DNA from: Octopus bimaculoides
Lineage: Eukaryota
DNA length: 41,159 nucleotides
Direction of reading: 5' to 3'
Assembly (NCBI RefSeq): GCF_001194135.2
Contig: NC_068990.1
Span: 11,986,968-12,028,126 of the forward strand
Shown: positions 11,267-24,039 of the stretch, piece after piece
How the letters are laid out: each line of letters begins with the position of its first letter
How positions within the stretch are numbered: position 1 is the stretch's first letter
The notes under the pieces: model-generated
Database searches by the model: none
The model's input: only the letters and a program-made list of their open reading frames with translations
What the model was told of the DNA's origin: nothing
Translations under genes and position numbers: made by a program

Positions 11267-11535
11267 ACAATTGCAGCATGGAAGGTGTTTATAAGCCATT
11301 TAAAAACACACAAAACCTGTTAGGTTCAGTTCAACATTTAAATTTAATTTGTCAAAATATTTTCATTGCTTTGACACTGCGACCTGTTCCCTGACAAAAT
11401 TCCATGCTAGGGAACAGGTCGCAGTGTCAAAGCAATGAAAATATTTTGACAAATTAAATTTAAATGTTGATCTGAACCTAACAGTTTTTTTGGGGTTTTT
11501 AAATGGCTTATAAACACCTTCCACGCTGCAATTGT
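11267..11535. mobile_element. ~269-bp palindromic fold-back element
   Basis: Arms 11267-11392 and 11409-11535 (acaattgcagc.tggaaggtgtttataagcc...gcgacctgttccct) are reverse complements at about 95%; 16-nt spacer. The ORF track shows the same peptide on both strands. Confidence 0.95.
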
Positions 11536-11593
11536 TTTTGTTTATGCACACAATCTCAGATCAGGGCATTTGCTATGCAAGTACATCTCCATA

Positions 11594-11638
<45 letters not shown>

Positions 11639-11904
11639 AACATACATACACAGGCATGACAGAAATAAATAAATAAATATATTATTATTATTATTATTAT
11701 TATTATTTACCTTTATGCCAGCGCTGCATGTTTAAAGCACCATCCAAACATAGTTGATGCCAGCCCCCTCTGGCTCCTGTGCCAGTGGTAAGTAAAAGCA
11801 CCATCCAAATGTGGAGGATGCTAGCATCCTCTGGCCCCTGTGCCCTAACCACTCAGCCTTTTTCTTTTTTCAAAAAGTGTTGCCTTCACAAGTCATAAAC
11901 TGAT

Positions 11905-12440
11905 AAGGGCTGGTTTCCTTGTCTAAATGGCATGTAGATTCCCCACCTGGACAGGACACTGGTCCATCACTGGATTACTCATTTTTGCCAGATGAGTGGA
12001 CTAGAGTAACGTGAAATGGAGTGCTTTGCTCAAGAAAAACAATGCATCGCCCAGTCCAGGAAATGAAACCATGATCTTACGGTCATCGGTCCAACACTCT
12101 AACCCCTAAACCAGACACCTCCAGCCATGCTTTTGGATCAACGCCAGTCTGTTGCAGGATGATTTTCTGCTGGTTCAGTGGACTGGAGCAATGTGAAATG
12201 AAGAATATTGCTCAAGAACACAATGTGTCACCTGGTCCAGGAATTGAAACCATAATCTTACGATCATGAACCCACCACGCTAATCACTGAGTCACACAAC
12301 TTCACCCATGCCCTTGGATCGACGCCAGTCTGTGTGACTTTATGCCAGTTGAGTGGACTGAAGTAACATGAAAGGAAGTCTATTGCTCAAGAACACAATG
12401 TGTTGCCTGGCCCAGGAAATGAAACCATAATCTTATGATC
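11905..12440 (-). mobile_element. Three tandem diverged copies of family D SINE head region
   Basis: gagtggact..agcaa.gtgaaatgaag...ttgctcaagaacacaatg...ccaggaa.tgaaacca.aatctta.gatc occurs at about 11990, 12175 and 12350. Confidence 0.8.
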
Positions 12441-12605
12441 AGGCGCAGGAGTGGCTGTGTGGTAAGTAGCTTGCTTACCAACCACATGGTTCCGGGTTCA
12501 GTCCCACTGTGTGGCACCTTGGGCAAGTGTCTTCTACTATAGCCTCGGCCCAACCAAAGACTTGTGAGTGGATTTGGTAGGCGGAAACTGAAAGGAGTCC
12601 ATCAT
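12441..12605 (+). mobile_element. SINE A head, near-consensus copy
   Basis: aggcgcaggagtggctgtgtggtaagtagcttgcttaccaaccacatggttccgggttcagtcccactg.gtggcaccttgggcaagtg. Confidence 0.9.
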
Positions 12606-12736
12606 GCAACCGTGGAGGGGAGGGTAGAGTAGGGGGGAGCAAGGTGATTCTCTCTACTATTATAGTAATACAGTTACATGCACTAGTTTGTTGTTACTTT
12701 TGATGCTGCTGCTGCTGTGATTACCTGTGCCAGGGT

Positions 12737-12781
<45 letters not shown>

Positions 12782-12816
12782 AACTATTACCATCACTATC
12801 ATTATATATATATATG

Positions 12817-13300
12817 CTGGTGGCGCACGAAAAGCACCCAGCACACACTGTTTAAGTGGTTGGCATATTAGGAAGGGCATCCAGCAGTAGAAATCATGAT
12901 GAAACAGACAGTTGGAGTCCGGAGAGCTCCCACCTGGCCAGTTCCATGTCAGACCTTCCAACCCATGCCAGCATGGAAAGTAGATGTTAGACAATGACAA
13001 TGATGACGACGATATATATGTGTGCGCGTGTGTGTCTTTCTGTTTGTGTTTGTCCCCTACCACTGCTTGATAACCGGTGTTGGTTTGTTTACATTCCTAT
13101 AACTTAGCAGTTCAGCAAAAAAAAAAACACAAAATACAAGCAAAAAAAGCACCTATAGAATAAGTACCAGGCTTTACAACAAAAAAAGCAAAACTCAAAA
13201 AACAATAAGTAGTGTAGTTGAGTGATTCAACTAAAATTCCTGAAGGTGGTGCCCCAGCATGGTCACAGGTCTAATGATTGAAACAGGTAAAAGATAAAAG
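12817..13300 (+). mobile_element. Family C tail (12817-13012) followed by SINE A/B tail (13020-13300)
   Basis: ttaggaagggcatccagc...aacccatgccagcatggaaag, then aacttagcagttcagcaaaa...ggtgccccagcatggtcacag. Confidence 0.8.
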
Positions 13301-14230
13301 GATGAATGAGTAAGAGGAGAGGGAAAGGAAGAGGGGGGTATTAATGGCATCAGGTTATCAATGGCTCTCTTCATCCAGTCATTCACTAAAAGATTCCTTC
13401 AGCCTACCTTTTACCCTTAACAACTAAACTGAAACAGCTGTTTCCCCGCCCCCACCTTCCCTTCGACCACTCCCCCCCACCAGACGCACGTGCTTGTTGT
13501 CATCACCACCACTGCTACCACCGCCACTACCACCACTACTGCCACCACCATCACCATCACTAGCACTNNNNNNNNNNNNNNNNNNNNNNNNNNNNNNNNN
13601 NNNNNNNNNNNNNNNNNNNNNNNNNNNNNNNNNNNNNNNNNNNNNNNNNNNNNNNNNNNNNNNNNNNNNNNNNNNNNNNNNNNNNNNNNNNNNNNNNNNN
13701 NNNNNNNNNNNNNNNNNNNNNNNNNNNNNNNNNNNNNNNNNNNNNNNNNNNNNNNNNNNNNNNNNNNNNNNNNNNNNNNNNNNNNNNNNNNNNNNNNNNN
13801 NNNNNNNNNNNNNNNNNNNNNNNNNNNNNNNNNNNNNNNNNNNNNNNNNNNNNNNNNNNNNNNNNNNNNNNNNNNNNNNNNNNNNNNNNNNNNNNNNNNN
13901 NNNNNNNNNNNNNNNNNNNNNNNNNNNNNNNNNNNNNNNNNNNNNNNNNNNNNNNNNNNNNNNNNNNNNNNNNNNNNNNNNNNNNNNNNNNNNNNNNNNN
14001 NNNNNNNNNNNNNNNNNNNNNNNNNNNNNNNNNNNNNNNNNNNNNNNNNNNNNNNNNNNNNNNNNNNNNNNNNNNNNNNNNNNNNNNNNNNNNNNNNNNN
14101 NNNNNNNNNNNNNNNNNNNNNNNNNNNNNNNNNNNNNNNNNNNNNNNNNNNNNNNNNNNNNNNNNNNNNNNNNNNNNNNNNNNNNNNNNNNNNNNNNNNN
14201 NNNNNNNNNNNNNNNNNNNNNNNNNNNNNC

Positions 14231-15230
<1,000 letters not shown>

Positions 15231-15552
15231 ACTTATAGTATTAAATTTCCTTCGCTGATAACTTAGCCCCTTTTCTCAATTAGGCTTCTCAAGTCATACC
15301 TTATTTCAACACATATTACTAACCGTTTTAAACCCTCCGATAAGATTACCTACCACTCCCCAGTCAGTGCACTCCCACCCGCCTTCCTCTTTCTCTGTCC
15401 ACTCTCTCTCTCTCTCTCTCTCTCATTCTCGCTCTTTCTCTCTCTCTCTCTCCTTATCATTTCAAATACTTCCCAGCATGCACTTGTGCGGTAATGTGAG
15501 CATGTGAGTGTGTGTATGTATTTATGCACATGTCTGTATGTGGATGTGTGTG

Positions 15553-15592
<40 letters not shown>

Positions 15593-16362
15593 NNNNNNNN
15601 NNNNNNNNNNNNNNNNNNNNNNNNNNNNNNNNNNNNNNNNNNNNNNNNNNNNNNNNNNNNNNNNNNNNNNNNNNNNNNNNNNNNNNNNNNNNNNNNNNNN
15701 NNNNNNNNNNNNNNNNNNNNNNNNNNNNNNNNNNNNNNNNNNNNNNNNNNNNNNNNNNNNNNNNNNNNNNNNNNNNNNNNNNNNNNNNNNNNNNNNNNNN
15801 NNNNNNNNNNNNNNNNNNNNNNNNNNNNNNNNNNNNNNNNNNNNNNNNNNNNNNNNNNNNNNNNNNNNNNNNNNNNNNNNNNNNNNNNNNNNNNNNNNNN
15901 NNNNNNNNNNNNNNNNNNNNNNNNNNNNNNNNNNNNNNNNNNNNNNNNNNNNNNNNNNNNNNNNNNNNNNNNNNNNNNNNNNNNNNNNNNNNNNNNNNNN
16001 NNNNNNNNNNNNNNNNNNNNNNNNNNNNNNNNNNNNNNNNNNNNNNNNNNNNNNNNNNNNNNNNNNNNNNNNNNNNNNNNNNNNNNNNNNNNNNNNNNNN
16101 NNNNNNNNNNNNNNNNNNNNNNNNNNNNNNNNNNNNNNNNNNNNNNNNNNNNNNNNNNNNNNNNNNNNNNNNNNNNNNNNNNNNNNNNNNNNNNNNNNNN
16201 NNNNNNNNNNNNNNNNNNNNNNNNNNNNNNNNNNNNNNNNNNNNNNNNNNNNNNNNNNNNNNNNNNNNNNNNNNNNNNNNNNNNNNNNNNNNNNNNNNNN
16301 NNNNNNNNNNNNNNNNNNNNNNNNNNNNNNNNNNNNNNNNNNNNNNNNNNNNNNNNNNNNNN

Positions 16363-16423
<61 letters not shown>

Positions 16424-16433
16424 CATATATATG

Positions 16434-16594
16434 ATGGGCTTCTTTCAGTTTCCATCTACCAAATCCACTCACAAGGCTTTGGTCGACCCGAGGCTATAGT
16501 AGAAGACACTTGCCCAAGGTGCCACGCAGTGGGACTGAACCTGGAACCATGTGGTTCGTAAGCAAGCTACTTACCACACAGCCACTCCTACGCC
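16434..16594 (-). mobile_element. SINE A head
   Basis: gggcttctttcagtttcc...cacttgcccaaggtgccacgcagtgggactgaacc...ttaccacacagccactcct. Confidence 0.9.
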
Positions 16595-16606
16595 TATATA
16601 TAATCC

Positions 16607-16720
16607 TTGGCTAAGAATAAACTACTGCTCCTAGATTTCACTGATTTCAAGAAGGCATTTGACAGAGTACCATGTTCTGTAATTTCATGGTCAGTGAGAT
16701 AAGTAGGTGCTGACGAAGGT
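16607..16720 (+). pseudogene. RTE-type reverse transcriptase fragment
   Basis: LAKNKLLLLDFTDFKKAFDRVPCSVISWSVR*VG resembles the non-LTR RT motif AFVDLEKAFDRVPRxxIWWxLRKLG. Confidence 0.8.
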
Positions 16721-17149
16721 TGAGGATAATGATGACGGCGGCGGAGGCGGCGGAGGCGGCGGAGGCGGCGGCGGTGGTGGTGGTGGTGGTGGTGGTGGTA
16801 ATAGTGGTGGTAGTGATGGTGGTGGTAGTGGTGGTGATAGTGGTAGCAGTGGTAATGGTAGTGGTGGCGATGTTGGTATTAGTGGTGGTGGTGGTGGTAA
16901 TGATAATAAACTTTTCTTGTTGAGGTTTACACTAATCAGTGGAGTACCTAACGCTCATGTCTATATAGAAGTGACACCAAAGCAGATTTAGATTCACAAA
17001 TAAAGGGACAATTCTAGCAAATCCCAACATGATCAAAACAAACTGGTAACAAGTTTGGTTGTTTTTACTCTACCCTGTTTTCTCTTTGTTTATCTGATCT
17101 TAACATATTCCTTCCTCAATTTCCAATCCTGCACCATTCTTTCAGTAAG

Positions 17150-17790
17150 TATCGTATTTGATGGCCATTAAGACGCACCTTTTTTACCCAAAAATGGCTT
17201 TAAAAATCCGCTGCATCCAACACACTCAATGTAGGCTCAAAACTCACTCAAAACAGTACATCATTATCATCACCATCATCATCATCATCATCGTTTAACA
17301 TCCGCTTTCCATGCTAGCATGGATTGGACAATTTGACTGAGGACTGGCGGACCAGGTGGCTACACCAGGCTCCAATCTGATTTGGTAGAGTTTCTACAGC
17401 TGGATGCCCTTCCTAATGCCAACCACTCCGAAAGTGTAGTGGGTGCTTTTACGTGCCACCTGCACGAAGGCCAGTCAGGCGGTACTGGCAATGGCCACGC
17501 TCAAAATGGTGTATTTTACGTGCCACCTGCACAAGAGCCAGTCCAGCAGCACTGGCAACGATCTCGCTCAAATGTCTTTTCACGTACATATGTTTACAAA
17601 ACATGTGCTGCCATCTATTGGTGAACAATCGCCTATGGTATGCTTATAATAACCAATAATAATATAAAGTTATACTGGTAAGTGGAGGAATTAAAACATT
17701 ATTTTAGTGGTAATTTATTTTACAAAAGTATAGTCTAGGCTAGGGTGCATCCAATGTACTCGTAGCTTTTATAGGCCATCAAATACAATA
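17150..17790. mobile_element. TIR MITE (Tc1/mariner-pogo-like) carrying a family C insertion (17265-17585)
   Basis: Left end tatcgtatttgatggccattaaga versus reverse complement of right end tattgtatttgatggcctataaaa; TA at both termini. Confidence 0.7.
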
Positions 17791-18043
17791 TATTTGATTC
17801 AGTTAAATCCAGTTTTGGTCTATCGTTGTATCATATGAGTTTATTTTCATATCATAAGGAAGGTTTCCCAAAATTTTGTGTGCCATCATAATGTTGGCTG
17901 TTTAGGATAGCTTTGGGAAGATTTTCCATGCTATTCAAATAAGTGTAATTATTCTAAGCAGCCACATTTCTTTCTGAAATTAATCCATTCTGCAGACTTT
18001 TTCCCTTAATTTTGTGCATGGCTTTATCCAAGAATCCTGAACA

Positions 18044-18415
18044 AGGCTGTGTAGTAAGAAGTTTGCTTCCCAACCACATGGTTCCAGGTTCAGTTTCACT
18101 GCATGGCACCCCAGGCAAGTGTCTTCTACAATAACCTTGGACCAACCAAAGCCTTGTGTGTAGATTTGATTGATGGAAACTAAAAGAAGCTTATTGTGTG
18201 TGTTTGTGTCAGTTTTTGCTTCCCACCACTGCTTGACAACAGGTGTTGGTTTGTTTATATCCCTGAACCCTAGCGATTCAGCAAAAAGAGACAGATAGAA
18301 TAAGTACCAAGCTCAGAAAATAGACAACTGGGGTTGGTTCATTTCACTAAAAGTTCTTGAAGGTGGTGCCCCAGCATGGCCATAGTCTAATAACTGAAGC
18401 AGATAAAGATAAAAG
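18044..18415 (+). mobile_element. Full-length bipartite SINE A/B
   Basis: Head (ggctgtgtagtaagaagtttgcttcccaaccacatgg) + short (TG)n + tail (ggtgccccagcatggccatagtc). Confidence 0.85.
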
Positions 18416-18496
18416 AAATGATTATCGAAAGCATATTATTGATCAATATGAGATCTTAGCAAAAAGTTCTTAGAAACTTAAACTAGAATAGATTAC

Positions 18497-18539
18497 AGCA
18501 ACATAATTGGCCCCTGGGAAAAAATTAATGCACCAAACC
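18497..18539 (-). CDS. Candidate 43-nt exon, WD40-like (VWCINFFPGANYVA)
   Basis: Acceptor ..cattttAG, donor GTAATC (moderate); peptide resembles the VWxVxFxPxxxYLA strand pattern. Short, so could be chance. Confidence 0.25.
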
Positions 18540-18567
18540 CTAAAATGTTTATTGAAAGCAGCAGCAT

Positions 18568-18851
18568 ACCGCTGGACTGGCTCCCGTGCAGGTGGCATGT
18601 AAAAAACACCTTTTTGAGTGTGGCCGTTGCCAATACTGTGTGACTGGCCCTCGTGCCGGTGGCACGTAAAAGCACCCACTATACTCTCAGAGTGGTTGGC
18701 GTTAGGAAGGGCATCCAGCTGTAGAAACTCTGCTAGATCAGGTTGGAGCCTGGTGCAGCCTTCTGGCTTGCCAGTCCCTAGTCAAATCGTCCAACCCATG
18801 CTAGCATGGAAAGCGGACTTTAAACGATGATGATGATGATGATGATGATGA
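18568..18851 (+). mobile_element. Family C element with (GAT)n tail
   Basis: gttggcgttaggaagggcatccagctgtagaaac...ccaacccatgctagcatggaaagcggac. Confidence 0.9.
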
Positions 18852-19074
18852 TATTGTGTCTCCAGACCTGTGCAGCCTCAGTGCACATATATGTTAGGAC
18901 AGCACTGATCACAGCCCAGTATACATCAATTCTGTTTTCAAAACAACATCTTTTTCATTATTTACATTCGACGGATGAGGACAAATATCTGTCGAATGTA
19001 AATAATGTAAATAATGTACATAATTCCTCATCTCTTAAATATAGAACTGTAATATCTTTTTTCCTTTTCTACTC

Positions 19075-19279
19075 TAGGTACAAAGCCCGATATTTTGGGG
19101 GAGGGGGACAGTCGATTAGATTGACCCGAGTATACAACTGGTACTTAATTTATCGACCCCAAAAGGATGGAAGGCAAAATCGACCTCGGCGGAATTTGAA
19201 CTCAGAACGTAAAGACAGACGAAATACCACTAAGCATTTCACCTGGTATGCAAACGTTTCTGCCAGCTCACCACCTTAG
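19075..19279 (-). mobile_element. Intact tRNA-derived SINE with MESC/Nin-like core (family E)
   Basis: Reverse complement reads aggtggtgagctggcagaa...tgagttcaaattccgccgaggtcga...catccttttggggtcgataaattaagtacc. Confidence 0.75.
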
Positions 19280-19380
19280 CAACATCTTTTTCCATTCCAG
19301 TCATGGTGTTGTAATTTACCAAAAAGGCTGCTTGCTTTATTAATCTATGTATCTTCTCATCGTCCAGGTGAGCATTTGCA

Positions 19381-19621
19381 TTAACCCTTTATGTTTAAAC
19401 CTGACATATCCAGCCAAAATATCCAGCCAAAATATTCTACTTGTTTTATCTTCAAACTGGTCAGATATCGCCTTTCATAGCTACCTTATTGTGTCATTTT
19501 AAATATAATACAATCACATCATTGAAATCTCAAAGCCATGTAATAATGCAGAATTAATTTTAAATGGTGAGAATGCATAAACCTTAAATTTAACAGAATA
19601 ACCTGAACGCTATAGGGTTAA
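19381..19621. mobile_element. piggyBac-type MITE
   Basis: TTAA-CCCT...AGGG-TTAA termini (TTAA target duplication, CCCT TIR start); internal 13-bp tandem duplication atatccagccaaa. Confidence 0.8.
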
Positions 19622-19884
19622 CTCAACTATATAAATTGCAAAAAGTTTTATATATTTTAAGTCATGACCATCCACTCGTATGTGATTTGTTGGCAAAATA
19701 TCAGCAGATTAAATGAGTTTTATTCCTTTTTCGTTTGTGTTTTTTTTTAGTTCGTTAGTTGATATAAGATAGTGAATTACTTAAGTTTTCTGTAACACTT
19801 CTGTTACCATAGTTCTATAAAATAGCATTGCCTTTGTTTCAACTAAACTTGAAAATATCAGGAATTTATTAAAATAATTTTGGT

Positions 19885-20275
19885 TTTGTGGTGAGAAATT
19901 TGCTTCACAACTACATGGTTCCAGTTTCAGTCCTGCTGCATAGCACCTTGAGCAAGTGTCTTTGAGTATGGACTCATGCCAGTCGAAGCCCTGTGAGTGG
20001 ATGTGATAAACGGAAACTGAAAAAAAGCCCATCATGTGTGTGTGTGTGTGTGTGTGTGCGTGTGTGTGTGTTGGTATCTGAGAATGACCCACAACACTTA
20101 TTGACAATTGGTGTTGTGTTTATGTCTGTAACTAAGCTGAGGCCATCAGAATAAGTACTAGGCCTTAAACATATATAAATTAAATCCTGGGGTTGATTTA
20201 TGTGGCAAAAATTCTTCTAGCTGGTGCCCCAGAATGACCGCAGTCTAATGACAGAAACAAGTAAAATATAAAAGA
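19885..20275 (+). mobile_element. Full-length bipartite SINE A/B
   Basis: Degenerate head + (TG)n + tail ending taaaatataaaagataa. Confidence 0.8.
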
Positions 20276-20359
20276 TAATTAAGTTTTTTATTTTGAATGT
20301 AAGTTTACATGCAATTTTAATGGAATCTTTAAATTTGATCATTTTAAAACAGAAGGGAT

Positions 20360-20805
20360 ATAGAAATAATACATTTCTAAATCTCTCAGAGATTTATGCA
20401 GTAGCGATACGTTGAAGTAGTTGTATGCTGTCAACTTAATGTGACAGTCCCCTGAAGGCAATAATACTGCGGTTGCTTAGACCTAGAAAATGCACCGCTT
20501 CCTGTTGGCCGTGACACATTTCCTGTGTCCTTATGTTTATGAGGGGGAGACAAGCACCTCCACCCAGCTAAGCCTGCATCCAGAGACATGTTTCTGAGTC
20601 TTTGCTCGACATCAGTCTGGAGTAGCATGGCCTGCTAGTTGGAGATGCCTGTCAAGCTCTTGTAAACATATAATAATTCTAGTGAAACACATTCACTGAT
20701 TTCAAAAATAGAAATAATATATTTCTAAAGCTCTCAGATTGATTTATGCGGTAGTGATACTTGAAGTAGTTGTATGCTGTCAGCTTAATGTGACAGTTCC
20801 ATGAA
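20360..20805. repeat. Two ~95-bp direct repeats, period 348 bp
   Basis: atagaaataata.atttctaaa.ctctcaga...ttgaagtagttgtatgctgtca.cttaatgtgacagt at 20360-20456 and 20708-20805. Confidence 0.9.
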
Positions 20806-20929
20806 ATTAGAGATGTATCATAGAATCGGGAGCAGTCTCAGGTAGGTTGGTATCAAAATTTGTATAATGAGACTGAATGCCCCAAGAACATTCAAGAAAA
20901 TTTCAACAAGTTTATAGGCACAGATATAT

Positions 20930-21355
20930 CTGTGTAATGAGAAGTTTGCTTCCTAATCATATGGTTCCGGGTTCAGTCCCACTGCATGGCACCTTGAGCA
21001 AGTGACTTCTTCTATAACCTCAGGCTGATCAAAGACTTGCTTGTGAGTGGATTTTTGTGGATGCAAATCAAGGAAGCCCTTTGTGTGCGTGTGTGTGTGC
21101 AAGGGTGTGTGTGTGTGTGTGTGTGTGTGCGTGCGTGTGTGTTTGTGTCTGTGCTTGTTCCACCCATCTCCACTGCTTCACAGCCGGTGTTGGTATGTTT
21201 ACAACCCTGTAATTTAGCAGTTCAGCCAATAGAGACTGCCAGAATAAGCACTAGGCTTTAAAAAATAAGTCCTGTGGGGTGGGGTCGATCTGTTTAACTA
21301 AAATCCTTCAAGATGGTGCTCCAGCATGGCCATAGTCAAATGACTAAAACAAATA
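20930..21355 (+). mobile_element. Full-length bipartite SINE A/B
   Basis: Head + (TG)n + tail (ggtgctccagcatggccatagtcaaatgactaaaac). Confidence 0.85.
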
Positions 21356-21431
21356 CGAGAAAGAAAAAAAGAAAAGGAGAAAGTAATTAAGCTTCTTGAA
21401 AACATCTTTGATATGCTATTCCTTTCCTCAC

Positions 21432-21558
21432 CATTAAATGGCACATCCAAAATATCTTTTGCACAATTTAGTGTTTTTGCCTTGAATCTCCAATAATTAT
21501 ACAATCCTTCCTTAGTACAACATAGTACAATAGTGCAATCGGAATCCATTGCCAAATA
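21432..21558 (-). CDS. Candidate 127-nt internal exon encoding a WD40-like repeat
   Basis: Long T-rich tract ending attcttaaAG, donor AATG|GTGAGG, open frame YLAMDSDCTIVLCCTKEGLYNYWRFKAKTLNCAKDILDVPFN; LAMDSDCTIVLCCTKEGLYNYW has the 22-residue spacing of the WD40 consensus LAFSPDGKYLASGSDDGTVRIW. Confidence 0.55.
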
Positions 21559-21869
21559 CTTTAAGAATGTAATCAAAGACAAGAAATAAAAAAATAAAAA
21601 AAAAAACAAGAACCAAAACACTGCATTGTTTTGTATTTTTACTGGCTTTGAAAGATTCCTGTGATTCTTCACTTGAGATAACTGTGGCTCTGATATTGTT
21701 TTGAAAGTGTGATGGTGATATCATCTCTTGCAATCTGACCTATAGGAGCTATTTGAGAAAGAGGTGTAAAGCGTTTTTACAACTTGGATAATCCATGTAT
21801 AGGAAAACGAACAAAACATGTTGTCTGCACAAAATTCTTTCATGGTTTATACTTTTCATTCTTTCAATC

Positions 21870-22035
21870 TTTTATTTGTTTCAGTCATTTGACTGTGGCC
21901 ATGCTGGAGCACTGCTTTTAGTGTTTGTAAGCCTAGTGCTTCTTCTATGGGTCTCTTTTGCTGAACCACTAACTTACAGGGACAGAAATACTCCAACATC
22001 AGTTGTCAAGCAATGGTGCTGGAACAAACACAGAC
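21870..22035 (-). mobile_element. SINE A/B tail followed by (CATA)n
   Basis: tttcagtcatttgactgtggccatgctggagcac... Confidence 0.85.
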
Positions 22036-22136
22036 ACACACAAACACATACATACATACATGCATACATACATACATACATACATACATGCATACATACA
22101 TACATACATACATACATACATACATACATGCATACA

Positions 22137-22170
<34 letters not shown>

Positions 22171-22430
22171 CATATATATAATNNNNNNNNNNNNNNNNNN
22201 NNNNNNNNNNNNNNNNNNNNNNNNNNNNNNNNNNNNNNNNNNNNNNNNNNNNNNNNNNNNNNNNNNNNNNNNNNNNNNNNNNNNNNNNNNNNNNNNNNNN
22301 NNNNNNNNNNNNNNNNNNNNNNNNNACACACAAACACATACATACATACATGCATACATACATACATACATACATACATACATACATGCATACATACATA
22401 CATACATACATACATACATACATACATGCA

Positions 22431-22464
<34 letters not shown>

Positions 22465-22487
22465 CATATATATAATTTTTCTACCTT

Positions 22488-22765
22488 GCCAGTGTCGCCT
22501 TACTGGCACGTGAAAGACAACATTCGAGCAAGGTCATTGCCAATGCAGCCGGACTGGCTCCTGTGAAGGTGGCACGTAAAAAACACCATTTTGAGCATGG
22601 CCGTTGCCAGTACCGCCTGACTGGCCCTTGTGCCGGTGGCACATAAAAGCACCCACTACACTCTCGGAGTGGTTGCCATTAGGAAGCACATCCAGCTGTA
22701 GAAACTCTGCCAGATCGGATTGGAGCTTGGTGCAGCCATCTGGCTCACCAGTCCTCAGTCAAACT
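22488..22765 (+). mobile_element. Family C element (3' end truncated)
   Basis: ggtggcacgtaaaaaacacc...gttgccattaggaagcacatccagctgtagaaactctgccagatc. Confidence 0.85.
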
Positions 22766-23659
22766 GTCACTTTAAACAGAGCCCTTGATTCAATAACACT
22801 GTGTATAAACTCTGTATTTGGAATGACCAATTTCAAAGACTGTTGGATTTTACTCATTGGGTATTGGAATCATAATAATGGATTTACAAAGGCATCGACC
22901 AATCTTAAAAACAATTGGACTTTACTCACAAGGTATTGGAATCTTATATGTATACCATTCTGCCTAAACAATATATTTACAAATACAATATCCCTACATN
23001 NNNNNNNNNNNNNNNNNNNNNNNNNNNNNNNNNNNNNNNNNNNNNNNNNNNNNNNNNNNNNNNNNNNNNNNNNNNNNNNNNNNNNNNNNNNNNNNNNNNN
23101 NNNNNNNNNNNNNNNNNNNNNNNNNNNNNNNNNNNNNNNNNNNNNNNNNNNNNNNNNNNNNNNNNNNNNNNNNNNNNNNNNNNNNNNNNNNNNNNNNNNN
23201 NNNNNNNNNNNNNNNNNNNNNNNNNNNNNNNNNNNNNNNNNNNNNNNNNNNNNNNNNNNNNNNNNNNNNNNNNNNNNNNNNNNNNNNNNNNNNNNNNNNN
23301 NNNNNNNNNNNNNNNNNNNNNNNNNNNNNNNNNNNNNNNNNNNNNNNNNNNNNNNNNNNNNNNNNNNNNNNNNNNNNNNNNNNNNNNNNNNNNNNNNNNN
23401 NNNNNNNNNNNNNNNNNNNNNNNNNNNNNNNNNNNNNNNNNNNNNNNNNNCCTCCATCACCACCTGACAATCAGTGTTGATGTGTTTATGTCACCATAAC
23501 CTAGTGGTTCGGCAAAAGAGACTGATAGAATAAGTATTAGGCTTACAAAGAATAAGTCCTATGGTCCATTTCTTCAACTAAAAGGCAGTACTCCAGCATG
23601 GCTGCAGTCAAGAGAGAAAACGAGTATCTATATTCGTAAGCGCACATGGATTATTTGCA

Positions 23660-23870
23660 ATTTTATTTCCTCCTTCTTCCTTCTTTCTTTGGACTTCCCT
23701 GTTTTTCCTGTCTCTGAAGAAGAGCTATGCTCAAAATGTAAAACCACTACTTTGCTCCTTCTCTGAGCATCATATTAATACATTACTTGTACTACGTCCT
23801 TTTTTGTTTTTTATTTACTTCTTTATCTTTTACCTCTGTTTTTTTAATTAACTAGTGTTCGTGGGAAGAA
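23660..23870 (+). mobile_element. Penelope-like pseudo-LTR with decayed minimal hammerhead ribozyme (core 23710-23745)
   Basis: CTGAAGA-a-GAGC-tat-GCTC-aaaatgta-aaac; reversing two CpG-type transitions gives gctcGAAAcGTA, i.e. the CUGANGA/GAAA core and a GUA cleavage triplet. Confidence 0.55.
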
Positions 23871-24039
23871 CCATTTTAACGATGCGTACCGCCTTAATTC
23901 TTTGAAACGCCAGAGTTTTAATGGTGGCAGCTGATGAAGGGTTTTTAGATCTATGTTTGCAATTTCAAAGTATAATGTAGATTTTTATATATGTTATTTC
24001 TTGATCCTACATTTATATTTCAAGAATGAAGTGGTTAAA

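Noticed and set aside
12441-12520. tRNA-like A/B boxes
   Set aside because: SINE heads; no acceptor stem or complete cloverleaf, multi-copy and diverged.
22025-22475. Near-identical (CATA)n blocks flanking a gap
   Set aside because: Likely the same microsatellite assembled twice.
22830-22950. 72-bp-period diverged repeat suggesting a 24-aa LRR
   Set aside because: No frame on either strand gives LxxLxLxxN; only two degenerate units.
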